In this document: piece by piece, positions 24,870-36,619 of the stretch
Position numbering within the stretch: the stretch's first letter is position 1
Layout: each line of letters opens with the position of its first letter
Source: Chiloscyllium plagiosum
Lineage: Eukaryota
NCBI RefSeq assembly: GCF_004010195.1
Contig: NC_057719.1
Coordinates: 77,474,743 to 77,538,742, forward strand
Length of the DNA stretch: 64,000 nt
Direction: 5' to 3'
Translations under genes and position numbers: made by a program
The notes under the pieces: model-generated
Told to the model about the DNA's origin: nothing
Database searches by the model: none
What the model saw: only the letters and a program-made list of their open reading frames with translations

Positions 24870-25920
24870 CTCCACATCTCATTACAGCCTTGGTTAAAAT
24901 AGGAACAACAAGTTAAATTACAGCAATGCTGTGAATGTGGCTGACCTTAATATCAAGGCGGTATTTGACAGAATGTGACACCAAGTGGAACTGGAAACAA
25001 TGAAATCAGCAAGAAAACTCTCCGTTGGTTGGAACCGTGGTTAGCATAAAGGAAGATAGTTATTATTGTTGAAGATCAATCTCCTCATTCCAAAGACATT
25101 TCTGTGGGAGTTCCTCACAGTAGTGGTGTCCTCACTTCTTCATTAATGACGTTCCCGCCATTATAATTTCAGAAGTGGGGATGCTCACTGGTGATTGCAC
25201 AATGTCCAGCACCATTCGGCATGGTAACCCAGTGGTTAGCACTGCTGCCTCACAGCGCCAGGGAGCCGGGTTTGATTCCAGCCTCAGGCGACTGTCTGTG
25301 TGGAGTTTGCACATTCTTTCTGTGTCTGTGTGGGTTTCTTCCGGACGCCCTGGTTTCCTCCCAAAGTCCAAAGCCGTGCAGGCTAGGTGGATTATCCATG
25401 GGAAATGTAGGGTTACAGAGATAGGGTAGCGAGGTTGGCGCTGGATGGGTTGCTCCTCAGGGGGTAGGTGTGGACTCAATAGGCCAATTGGCCTGCTTTC
25501 ACACTGTAAGGATTCTATGATTCACAATTCCTCAGATACTGAGGCATTCCGTGTTCATATGCAGCAAAATGTTTGGCATCATCATAAGTGATCAGCTACA
25601 ACGGGAGAGAATCCAACTATTACCGCTTGATATTTAATGACATCAGCATCACTAAATCCTCCAGTATCAACATCTTGGGGGTTTACATTGACCAGAAACC
25701 GAACTGAACCAGTCAGGTAAATACTGTGCCTACAACAGCAGGTCAAAGGCTAGGAATCCTACAGTCCGTATTTTATCTCCTATTTTCCTAATTTCCATTC
25801 ACAATCTACAAAGATACAAGTCAGCAATGTGATGGAATAATCTCCATTTGCCTGGGTGAGTCCAGTTCTGTCAGCATCCAATAAGTTCAAGCCTATCCAG
25901 AACCAACCCGCTTCATTGGA
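24870..25920 (+). mobile_element. Second LINE family, RT fragment, split by a SINE
   Basis: LNIKAVFDRM, GVPHSS and atgctcactggtgattgc (decayed FADD). Confidence 0.7.
25217..25522 (+). mobile_element. HE1-type SINE (gattctatgatt tail type)
   Basis: Conserved head and body. The 4-mer attc occurs at both junctions. Confidence 0.9.
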
Positions 25921-27709
25921 ACTACTTTCACTCCCTTCCCCACTGGTACACAGTGGTAGGCATGTACCCCACCCACCAGATGCCAGTGGATTCCAAACCC
26001 ATGAAATCTACCAACACCATTTAGGGCATCCCATCTTTCCCAACCTTCAACATTTTCTCCCTCCACCAGTGGCAAAATACTGTGGAAGCTGGAAATCTGA
26101 AATTAACACTGGAAGTGTGGGAAATACTCAGCAGTCAGGCAACACCTATGGTGAAAGGAAAAGGTAATAACAGGCTGAATTATTTGGTCCCAATGAGACG
26201 GGTGTGTCGGCAGCTAGGTACTGGTATCCATGCTTCTGGACAGCGTGCCAGTTTGCCAGCTCTATTCACTTCCTGACATCGTCAGGCAGCAATTGTCTCG
26301 AGCAGCCATTCTGAACGGGGGCCATATGGCCCCCTTCGGGGCCCTGGCACATTTGAAGGGAGCCATAGACTAAAACTGAGAAGGGGAGCCCCAAGGGTTT
26401 ATGGAGGCCCTAGTAACTGAACCGATGAAATACCAAGCAACAACCTTCATTGGAGTCAATAGTTACCCTCCTATTTGTAATATCTTTCCAACGCACTGTT
26501 TGAATTTGGTGCACCTGGTAAGTTAATTGCATAAGCTCCTCTCACCCAGCCTCACTTCAGAGTCAGTTGCAAATCAGACTGCACCAGATCAGCGTATTCA
26601 ATCAAGGCCTCTTGCACCTATTATCACCACACTTCATTATCCGAAGATCAGTGTGTCTTGCTAGGCATTTTCTTTCCTAGTAACTTTAAGGTATATGTGT
26701 TTGGATATATCATACATTAAGGTAGGTTGCGAAAAGTGTTTATTACTGCATATGAAATCACCAGAAAAAAAATCCATAGCTCCAGGTGACAGTATTTTTT
26801 GTCGGTAATGTATCTGTATTTTGCACGCTTATTTCCAAGTCAAAAAATGTTTAGGCAGCCTTTCTAAACAATTTCCCAGTCAATGTTGTCAATTTAGCTA
26901 GGAAATAAATAGCAAAATTATTTAAAATGTTTTTTCTTCATTTTTGGCAGTTTTTAGCGAATGCATAGGGCAAAGAAAATTGAAAGATTGTATAATTATG
27001 CATTTATGCTACGTCATTTGCTAAAGCTCAGTTGAAATTATAAAGAGGGCCCTGGAAGCTGAGAGGAGCTCCTGGGGGCGGATGTGTGGCCAAAAAACAG
27101 TCGAGAATCACTGGTCTGGAGGGGGAGGACGAGTTATCATTGAATTATCAAAATGGTTAAAGGGCAATTAATGTCTCTTGTTAAAGGCTGACTAAATTTT
27201 TCAGGTCACAGGGAGTGTTGGGGAGGTGTAAAGCTGCCTGGAGGTGGTCTTCCAGGGAACCAGGTGGTAGGCAGACTTTGAGGCCCTGTTCCTAGCTGTA
27301 GCTTAAAGGCAGCCAGTTGTGGAGTTCTGTGGCCTTCATCTTATATGGTATTTTTAAATCCAGAAGTAAAAAAAAAGGAGAGGCAGGGTAACATTATCTT
27401 GGGGTACTCTTGCCTTATTTCAATGATGCCAGGCCTTCAGCTTCAAGAACTCAGGTGCTGCCTTTAATTGGATGGCAAACCAGCCAGAAGCCTATTGCCT
27501 ACACAGTGAGGGCTTCCAGTCCCAATTTAATTTTGACACCAGGGCCCGAAACGCACAGGTTTCACCAATGTTTCAGCCCTATCGTTAGAACTAGAACTAG
27601 TTAGAGATGTTCCAGGTTTAAGCAAGCACCAAGATAGTGAATGTTTTCACAGTGAAAGACACCAGCTGCAAAGCAGAACTTCTCAGTAGTCCTCTCAGCA
27701 TTCTTCTGT

Positions 27710-28050
27710 CGGCATGGTGGCCCAGTGGTTAGCACTGCTGCCTCACAGCACCAAGGACCCTAGTTTGATTCTCTCCTCAGGCATGGAGCTTGCAAATTGT
27801 CCCCACGTCTGCATGGGTTTCCTCTGGGGTGTGTTAGTTTCTTCCCACAGTCTAAGGATGTGAAAGTAAGATGCATTGGCCATGCCAAATTGTCCCTAGT
27901 GTCTAGGGGTGTGCAGAGTAAGTGGACTAGCCATGGTAAATGTGGGTTTGCGGGGATCTATTAGAGGTCTGGGTAGTATGCACTTTGATGGGTCAGTGCA
28001 GACTCGATGGGTTGAATGGCTTCTTTCCACACTGTAGGGATTCTATGATT
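27710..28050 (+). mobile_element. HE1-type SINE (gattctatgatt tail type)
   Basis: cggcatggtggcccagtggttagcactgctgcctcacagc head and conserved body. Confidence 0.9.
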
Positions 28051-28865
28051 AAACTTGTGTGCTAAGGCTTTTAAAATTTCAACTTTATCACCTAAATTCT
28101 GACCTCACACCTTTCCCAAGTCTTCTTTGAAATTGTTTCCGTGGTTCTTGATTTCCTTTTCTGCAGCCATGACTCATGGTGCTTGCTTGTTGAGGCAGTG
28201 ACACTCGATCTGAGCTGTACAGTATCTCATTTATTTCAAGCTTTCCCAGCCTGTAAACTGCACCACTTTTCAAATTTCACCCCTTGTCCGTCAAGGATTT
28301 TAACTTTACTCACAGGGACTCATGACTGCTCCCACAGATCACCAGCATGTGCTGCAATCTGTAATCGCTTTGGAATGAATGACCAATAGTTCAGCTCCAG
28401 GAAGTTCCTAAGTCTTGAGTTACAGTGTGTCTCTTACCAAGTCTGAAACGCTTCTTACCACTGACTGTCGATACTGCTTTCTTGCAGCTCGCCATTATTT
28501 TCTTTTCTGCCAGGGTCCCAACATGTTCAGTTCTTCTGGCTTCTGACAGTCTGCTCAAGCAGCCATTTTGAAGCTGTGTGTGAAGAAATCTCCTGAACTC
28601 TATCGCTGCCAGTATTTTGGAGGCAGCTAAGTGAACTCCACTTACCACTATGTTGTAAGATACAATCCCAGTTCACTCCATTTTATTGTATAAACTGGTA
28701 GATTTTTCCTTATAGGGATCCACAGGGCCTGCTTTGCCTTGTGCGTAAAGGAAAACCACTTTTTAGCCTCATAAAAAAGGGCTCTTGTGCTATGTAGTTT
28801 ATTGCATAATAGCAACTAGATACAAGTTAAAGTGAATACACTAGGCATCATGGCAGAGATCATCA

Positions 28866-29221
28866 GGGTAGCACAGTGGCTCAGTGGTTATCACTGCTGC
28901 CTCACAGCACCTCAAAGTTGGGTTCGATTCCACTCTTTGGTGACTGTCTGTGTGGAGTTTGCACGTTTTCCTGTGTCTGCATTGGTTTGCTCCAGTTTCC
29001 TCCCACAGTCTAAAGATGTGCATGCTAGGTAGATTGGTTATGCTAAATTGTCCCACAGTGTCCAGGGATGTACAGGCTAGATGGATTAGCCATGAGGAAT
29101 GCAGTGCTACAGGGACAGGGCAGGGAAGTTGGCCTGGATGAGGTGCTCTTTGGAGAGTTGGTGTGAACTTGATGGACTGAATGGCTAGCTTCTACATTGT
29201 AGGGATGCTATGATTCTGTGA
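28866..29221 (+). mobile_element. HE1-type SINE (gattctatgatt tail type)
   Basis: A and B boxes and conserved body. Confidence 0.9.
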
Positions 29222-29393
29222 CCTGTTCTCCTCCAAGTCCATTTGACATCATCATAGTGCGTGATGCTTAAGGCACTCCTCAGTATTAATCCTTTCAGAT
29301 CTTTACTCCCTCAGTACTTAACAATACAACAACCTCAGTCCAACAGATTATCTGCTCACTATGTGTTTGTTGATGGAGTTTGTGGATGAGTGC

Positions 29394-29600
29394 AAACACA
29401 TCGACCTGGACCCAATATACCGGCCACTACAGCGGACAGCTGAAACTGACAACCAGAAGCGGCAGGGACAGGCCACTATAAATGCCGGAGGAAACACCAC
29501 AGAAGCGCTTCACAGGAGGCTCCCAAGCACTGAGGATGTCACCTAGACAGGGGACGAAACGTTTGCAACAAAAACTTCCAGCTCGGCGAACAGAACCACA
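29394..29600 (+). mobile_element. Penelope/Poseidon-like 3' end (family D)
   Basis: KHIDLDPIYRPLQR resembles a PLE ORF C-terminus. TATA-like ctataaat at ~29476. HHR downstream. CpGs retained. Confidence 0.7.
29527..29566 (+). ncRNA. Minimal type I hammerhead ribozyme motif (family D)
   Basis: GCA-CTGAGGA-T-GTCACCT(AGAC)AGGGGAC-GAAA-CGTT-TGC. Stem I is GCA/TGC and stem III is the palindrome ACGT. Confidence 0.75.
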
Positions 29601-29760
29601 GCAGTCCAAAACTGTGCAGGTTAGGTGAATTGGCCATGCTAAATTGCCCGTAGTGTTAGGTGAAGGGATAAATGAATGGGTCTGGGTGAGTTGCCCTTCG
29701 GCGGACTTGTTGGGCCGCAGGGCCTGTTTCCACACTGTAAGTAATTTAATCTAATCTAAT
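29601..29760 (+). mobile_element. 5'-truncated HE1-type SINE fused to PLE end
   Basis: cagtccaaaactgtgcaggttaggtgaattggccatgc...ctgtaagtaat and (aatct)n tail. Confidence 0.88.
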
Positions 29761-30455
29761 CATTGTCCTGTTGCTGTCAAGTAATTACAATTCTGACTTA
29801 CATTATACACTTGTAAAAATTAACCTATCCAATCACATCATGAAAGCTATCTCTGGACAGTCCAAGCACAAAACGCATCAAAGCTCCCTTAAACTGTGAT
29901 ATCCTGCAATAGAATTTGCCACTGAACTTGCAGTTCCAGGACCCAGTTAAATTCCCAATCTCAGCTGCATCCTCATACAGAGCCTCTGAGCGGGAGGCAT
30001 AGAAGAGAAGAGTCATACCAAGGTCACACACTCTCCCAGTAATCCATTACCCAGCCGCAGTGGCAGGGGTCAATTCGCCTTCTCTTAGCAGTGGTTTTAA
30101 TGTCTCTTCCTTCTCATGGATTAGATTAAGTTTACAATTTCTCTTCCAAGTTGTCATCAACAACAAAATGTATTTGCATGGTGTCCATTCTGTTAATTCC
30201 TCACATTTATCTGTGAACGTGATGTTACTGCCACCTGTCTTTTTGCTTTACTTCGCTTATTCATACAGAAAAGTAATGAATTCAATAAAGGGAACTGCCT
30301 CCTCCAGGGAATGGAAGACAGCATTCTCCACTCACGTAGCTGAGGAGACAGTCGTTCGACCTAATCTCAAGTGCAGCATAGCTGTGGTGCTGGGGGAGCT
30401 GAAGAAAAGAAAATAGATTTTAAATCAAGTGCTTTATAAACTAAGAGCAAAACTA

Positions 30456-30778
30456 GGTGGTGTGGTGGCTCAGTGGTTAGCACTGCTGCCTCACAGCTCC
30501 ATGGACAAGAGTTCGATCCATCCTTGGGTGACTGTGTGTGGAGTTTACTCATTTTCCCCGTGGGTTTCCTCCCCCAGTTTAAAGATGCATTGGTTAGGTG
30601 GATTGACCATGCTAAATTGCCCATAGTGTCCAGTGATGTGCAGTCTCGGTGCATTAGGCATGGGAAATGTAGGGTTATAGGGCAGAGGGGGGTAGATTGA
30701 GTCGGGATGCTCTTTGGAGGGTCGGTGTGGACTTGATGGACCGAATGGCTTGCTTCCACAGTGTAGGGATTCTATGAT
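30456..30778 (+). mobile_element. HE1-type SINE (gattctatga tail type)
   Basis: Conserved head, body and tail. Confidence 0.9.
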
Positions 30779-31640
30779 AGCCCTGTTATTAGAGCTGCCT
30801 CCATGATTTGAGATTACAGCCTAATGATTGCACTGGAATGATCATTGAAATGTGATTGGAACCCAGCTCTAAGACATACACATTTGAGTTTAATAGAGCT
30901 AATTTGGGATGCCTGCTGGTTAAATACTCCTCCAGTTTGGGCTTTATTTTTTATTGTCAAACAGTGAAGGGGAGGGCAGGGATTAAATCAAAATAGAATT
31001 GGACGGGGAAATAATGCACTCCACAGTTTGGGCTTTATTTATTGCAAGCAGATGGGTACTAAGCCACGGTACTCATTGGTGTGGTCAGGTAACCTATCTG
31101 ATTAAATTCCTATCTGCCACCTCAAACATTCACTCCCTTCAACAGTGGGGACAGAGGGATGTATACAATATACAAGATTTTCTGAACAAGCCCTCCAAAA
31201 GTCCTTTGACAACAGCTGCTAAACCTACAACCTGCGTCACCTAGAAGGAGAAGGGAAGCAGATGCAGTGGAACACCATTTCTATGAGCCACCATTTCTAT
31301 GAGTCCCTTACTTGGACAGCTGTGAATTGTACAAATGCCTCTGCTAGGTGGCACAAAGTGTGCGTATGCTCAAAGGGAAATATCAACCAGGCACACTCAT
31401 TATAACAGAGAGAGTAGGGTTATTAACAAATGTTAAATGGAAATGAAATCCAATATCTTCTGTATTTGGCTGTTGTAACAATTTGAATTGATCTCTGTTG
31501 AGAATGTACCTGGTTATAGGACAGAGATCATTTGGTTGCAGATTCAGCTCAGTTCAGGGAGACGTGGTGAATCTGAGAAGAGCCTGTGGCTTTGAATTTT
31601 TACACTTCTCTTCATTTTTTTCTCAGCTGTCAGTTTCTTG

Positions 31641-31954
31641 GGGTGGCACAGTGGCTCAGTGGTTAGCACTGTAGCCTCACAGCACCAGGGACCCAGGTTC
31701 AATTCCAGCCTTGGGTGACTGTCTGTGTGGAGTTTGCACATTCTTCCCGTGTCTGCGTGTGTTTCCTCTGGGTGCTCTGGTTTCCTCCCACAATCCAAAG
31801 ATGTGCAGGTCAGGTGAATAGGCCATGCTAAATTGCCCATAGTGTTAGGTGCATTAGTCAGAGGGAAATGTGTCTGGATGGGTTACTCTTCAGAAGGTCG
31901 GCATGGACTTGTTGGGCCGAAGAGCCTATTTCCACACTGTAGGGAATCTAATCT
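31641..31954 (+). mobile_element. HE1-type SINE
   Basis: Conserved head and body, aatctaatct tail. Confidence 0.92.
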
Positions 31955-32124
31955 TCATGAATTTGTCCTTCCTGTAGATTGCTTTGGTTGGTTTCTCAAT
32001 TTCCTGGGTTTCTACCTTACCAATTTTGAAAGAAACAGAGGCACCATCTTTCTTTGTCTGCCCCAGTGAGCCTTTCTCCACCTTCCTCCAGATCCTGAAC
32101 CTGATATGGGACCAGAGGTACAGA

Positions 32125-32428
32125 ACATGGCTCAACACAAGCTGGAAGAACAACACCTCACTTTCCACTTGGGAGCGTGCAACCTTCTCGACTCAGTATC
32201 GCATTCAATAATTTTAGAGCCTGAGCACCTTCTCCCATCTCCTTATCCAACCCTCACACCCTAGGGCTGCTACCACCAACAAACCATTGTCAGCCACTAA
32301 TGGCCCCAATTAGCAGCTATTCATTCTCCCAGGCTGAACTTTACCCACTTCTTCATCTGCCTAACTGTTTTCCTCTCTATCTCCATCTCCACCTATTGTT
32401 TGCTCTTTCCTGCTCCTCCCTACCACTT
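32125..32428 (+). mobile_element. Penelope-like GIY-YIG C-terminal remnant and 3' region
   Basis: AQHKLEEQHLTFHLG, frameshift, QPSRLSIAFNNFRA*. Resembles the PLE terminus RKLEEQHLIFRLG..QP.GLN..F.NF. Confidence 0.7.
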
Positions 32429-32619
32429 CAAGATGTGATCAAGATGGCTCTGGAGTAGCAGTGCAGTGTTCAGGCTGCTGAGCCCAGGGCTCGTCTACTT
32501 ATGCCTACTTTACTTTTCTTCCTTTCTTCTTTTACTTTTACTCTTTCACTTTCTGCATTTAGCAGTAACAAGTCAAGGGTGGGGGCAACGCGGGTGGATT
32601 CAGTAGCAATAGACTTGAG

Positions 32620-33782
32620 GAGCGAGTTCCAGGGGGCTATGGGAGTGAGTTGTGAGGGCCTGCAGGAATGTGTTACAGGGGCCTGTGAGAATGAGTTACA
32701 GGGGTGTGTGGGAGCAAGTTCCAGGGGTCTGCAGTAGTGAGTTGTGAGGGCATCCAGGGGCTATAATAGTGAGTTCCAGGGGCCTATGGTAGTGAGTTGT
32801 GAGGGCCTGCAGGAGTGAGTTGTGAGGGCCCATGGTAGTGAGTTGTGAGGGCCTGCAGGAGTGAGTCGTGAAGGCCCATGGTAGTGAGTTGTGAGGGCCT
32901 GTGGGAACATGTTGTGAGGGCCTTTGGGAGAGAGTTGTGAGGGCCTGCAGGAGTGAGTTGTGAGGGCCCATGGTAGTGAGTTGTGAGGCCCTGCAGGAGT
33001 GAGTTGTGAAGGCCCATGGTAGTGAGTTGTGAGGGCCTGTGGGAGCATGTTGTGAGGGTTTGCAAGAGTGAGTTGTGAGGGTCTGCGGGAGTGACTTGTG
33101 AGGGCCTGCAGAAGTGAGTTGTGAAGGACCACGGTAGTGAATTGTGAGGGCCTACAGGAGTGACTTGTGAGGGCCTGCAGAAGTGAGTTGTGAAGGCCCA
33201 CGGTAGTGAGTTGTGAGGGCCTGTGGGAGCATGTTGTGAGGGTCTGCGGGAGTGACTTGTGAGGGCCTGCAGAAGTGAGTTGTGATGGCCTGCGGGAGTG
33301 ACTTGTGAGGGCCTGCAGAAGTGAGTTGTGAAGGACCACGGTAGTGAGTTGTGAGGGCCTGCGGGAGTGAGTTGTGAGGGCCTACGGGAGTGAGTTGTGA
33401 GAGCCCAGGGAAAATAGCCCCTGCCTGTTCAGCCTCTCCCTATAGCTCAAACCCTCCAACCTTGGCAACATCCTTGTAAATCTCTTCTGAACACTTTCAT
33501 GTTTCACAAAATCCTTCCTATAGTAGTGAGATGTGAGGGCCTGTGGGAGTGAGTTGTGAGGGCCCACTGTAGTGAGTTGTGAGGGCCTGCAGGAGTGAGT
33601 TGTGAAGGCCCACAGTAGTGAGTTGTGAGGGTCTGTGGGAGCATGTTGTGAGGGCCTGCGGGAGTGAGTTGTAAGGACCTGCAGGAGTGTGTTGTGAAGG
33701 CCTGTGGTACTGAGTTATGAGGGCCTGCAGGAGTGAGTTCCAGGGTGCTGTGGGAGTGGGTTCCAGGGGCCTATGGGAGTAG
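32620..33782. repeat. 23-bp minisatellite (ggagtgagttgtgagggcctgca and variants)
   Basis: Visible tandem array. Translated ORFs show 23-aa (3x23 bp) periodicity. Confidence 0.97.
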
Positions 33783-34045
33783 TGGTACTAAGACTCAAAG
33801 CTTTGGAAGGGAGGCTCACTTACCTTGCATAGATAAGACTACTTCATGGAGATAAGACTTCTGGATGCTTCACCCTTTCTACTTGGCTCTGTTTTTTGTT
33901 TGTATTTCTGCTTTTTCTTTGATAGCTGTTTTGGGGTTTGTATCTAAGATAGTTTTTTTATCTAAATGTAATTTGGTCTATTGTATCTAAGATAGTACCA
34001 GAGAATGGCGACTTTGTACACCTTTCACTGTATTCCTATCCTTAA

Positions 34046-35012
34046 AATCATAGAGATGTACAGCACGGAAACAGTCCCTTCGGTCCAGCTCATCCATGGC
34101 GACCAGATATCCTAAATTAATCTAGTTCCATTTGCTAGTTTTTGGCCCATATCCTTCTAAACCTTTCCTATTCATATACCCAACCAGATGCCTTTTAAAT
34201 GCTGTAATTGTAACAGCTTCCAACACTTCCTCTGGCAGCTCATTCCATACACGCGCCACTCTCTGTGTGAAAACATTGCCTTTTATAAATCTTTCCCCTC
34301 TCACCTGAATCCTATACCTCTAGTTTTGACTCTCCACACTGGGGAAAAGACCTTAAAAATTGACCCTGTCGATGCCCCTCATGATTTTATAAACCTCTGT
34401 AAGGTCACCCTTCAGCCTCTGATGCTCCAGGGAAAATAGCCCCAGCCTGTTCAGCCTCTCCCTATAGCTCAAACCCTCCAACCTTGGCAACATCCTTGTA
34501 AATCTCTTCTGAACACTTTCATGTTTCACAAAATCCTTCCTAAAGTAGGGAGACCAGAATTGAACACAGTATTCCAAAAGTGGCCTAACCAATGTCCTAT
34601 ACAGCTTCAACATGACCTCTCAACTCCAATACTCAATGATTAGATTCCCTACAGTATGGAAACAAGCCATTAGACCCAATAAGTCCACACTGGCCCTCCA
34701 TGGAGTAACCCACCCAGACCCATTCCCCAACCTTATATTTACCCCACTATTGCACCTAACACTATGGGCAATTTAGCATGGCCTGCACCTGACACACACA
34801 TCTTTGGATTGTAAGAGGAAACCCACATAGACATGGGGAGAACGTGCAAACTCCACACTGATAGTCACCCGCGGCAGGAATCGAACCCAGGTCCCTGGAG
34901 CTGTGAGGCAGCAGTGCTAACCACTGAACCAAAGTGCCACCCATGTTCTGGCCAATAAAGGAAAACATACCAAATACCTTTTTCACTATCCTATCTACCT
35001 GCGATTCCACTT
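34046..35012 (-). mobile_element. CR1/HER1-like LINE 3' fragment
   Basis: LYRTLVRPLLEYCVQFWSP...FTRMLPRL and FTQRVARVWNELP. Confidence 0.92.
34638..34942 (-). mobile_element. HE1-type SINE nested in CR1
   Basis: Full SINE on minus strand. The 3-mer atg occurs at both junctions. Confidence 0.92.
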
Positions 35013-35289
35013 TGTGCTTGAATACACGTGACAATTCTAATTCTAATTCATCTCTAACATATGTACTAACCTTTTCCTGACTACAGTCAGTTCTGCAGAA
35101 GGGTCATTCTGCTTTCTCTCCACGGGTGCTGACAGACCTGCTGAGTTTGTCCATCAATTTCTGATTTGTGTCTCATTTCCAGCATTCAAAGTTTTTTTTT
35201 AAATTTGTCAGTCTATTCACTCTTCACTGTCAGGTACCTCCCCCACTGTGATCGCTGTGACCCACCATCTTCTTCTTGCTGATTCACAA

Positions 35290-36438
35290 TCTAGACTGTG
35301 TAGTAAGGTGAGGGCCCATGGTGTTTGAGGTGAGCTACTGACATGGATTGAGGATTGGCTGTCTGACAGAAGGCAGAGAGTTGGGATAAAAGGTTCTTTT
35401 TTGGAATGGCAGCTTGTGACAAGTGGTGTCCCGCAGGGTTCAGTTTTGGGGTTGCAGCTGTTCACTTTAGATATTAATGATCTGGATGAAGGGACTGGGG
35501 GCTTTCTGGCAAAGTTCGCCGATGATACGAAGTTAGGCGGGCAGGCAGGTAGTTCTCAGGAGGTAAGGAGGCTGCAGAAAGATTTAGATTGTTTAGGAAA
35601 GTGGTCGAAGAAATGACTAATGAAATTCAGTGTGAGCAAATGCGAGGGCTTGCATTTTGGAAAAAAGAATACAGGCATGGACTATTTTATAACCAGTGAG
35701 AAAATTCATAAATCCAAAGCACAAAGGGATCTGGGACTGCTAGTCCAGGATTCTCTAATGGTTGATTTGCAGGTTGAGTCTGTGGGTAGGAAAGCAATGT
35801 AATATTGTCATTTATCTTAAGAGAGTTGGAATGTAAGAGCAGCGTTGTGCTACTGAGACTTTATAAAGCTCTGGTTAGGCCCCATTTAGAATACTGTGTC
35901 CAGTTTTGGGCCCGACACCTCAGGAAGGACATACTGGCACTGGAGCATGTCTAGCGGAGATTCACACGGATGATCCCTGGAATAGTAGGCCTAACATACA
36001 ATGAACGGCTGAGGATCCTGGGATTGTTTTCATTAGAGTTTAGAAGGCTGAGGCGAGATCTAATAGAAACTTACAAGATAATGCATGGCTTAGAAAGGGT
36101 GGATGCTGGGAATTTGTTTCCGTCAAGCGGGGATACTAGGATACGTGACACAGCCTTAGAATTTAAGGGAGTCAATTTAAAATGGAAATGAGGAGTCATT
36201 TCTCCAGAGAGTAGTGGCCTGTAGAATTCACTGCCACAGAGCGCAGTGGAGGCCGGGACGTTAAATGTCTTCAAGGCAGAGATTGGTAAATTCTTAATCT
36301 CACAAGGAATTAAGGGATGCGGGGAGAGTGCGGGTAAGTGGCGTTGAATTGCCCATCAGCCATGATTGAATGGCGGAGTGGACTTAATGAGCTGAATGGC
36401 CTTACTTCCACAGATATGTCTTATGGTCTTATGGTCTT
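35290..36438 (+). mobile_element. CR1/HER1-like LINE, RT C-half to tail
   Basis: SGVPQGSVLG and KFADDTKL. Tail tcttatggtcttatggtct. Confidence 0.93.
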
Positions 36439-36619
36439 TTAGACAAAGCCTGAAATACCAAGAGTTACTGGTGCCGTCTATACATGCACAGTCTGTAGTC
36501 ACCTTTCCCACGCCATTTGCACATGTGCAGGCTATGACATGACCATATCAATGTTCATAGCACACAATCCACACTTGCAAATACATCATCTTCCTCCGTT
36601 ATCTCTTCCCAGTGGTACT

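Larger units (their letters stand above)
32430..35050 (+). mobile_element. Non-autonomous element with internal minisatellite and Rex1-like 3' tail (tail split by CR1)
   Basis: Starts caagatggc. Ends gtatctaagatagtacca...ctttcactgta[CR1]...aatacacgtgacaattctaattctaattc. Tail is shared with 44268-44400(-) and 50280-50370. Confidence 0.65.

Noticed and set aside
26170..27600. GC-richer segments with ggctgaatt/ttcagccc-like ends (also ~53170-53757, 51240-51900, 63050-64000) as MITEs
   Set aside because: They look like old dispersed repeats, but the termini are too degenerate to pair or classify by eye.
28391..28648. 85-aa basic minus-strand ORF with nearby GTAAG motifs
   Set aside because: Non-ATG start and no recognisable domain. 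Cannot be supported without RNA data.
32620..33782. CRISPR array or repetitive protein gene
   Set aside because: Contiguous 23-bp units with no unique spacers, in a eukaryotic context. The ORFs are translations of the repeat.
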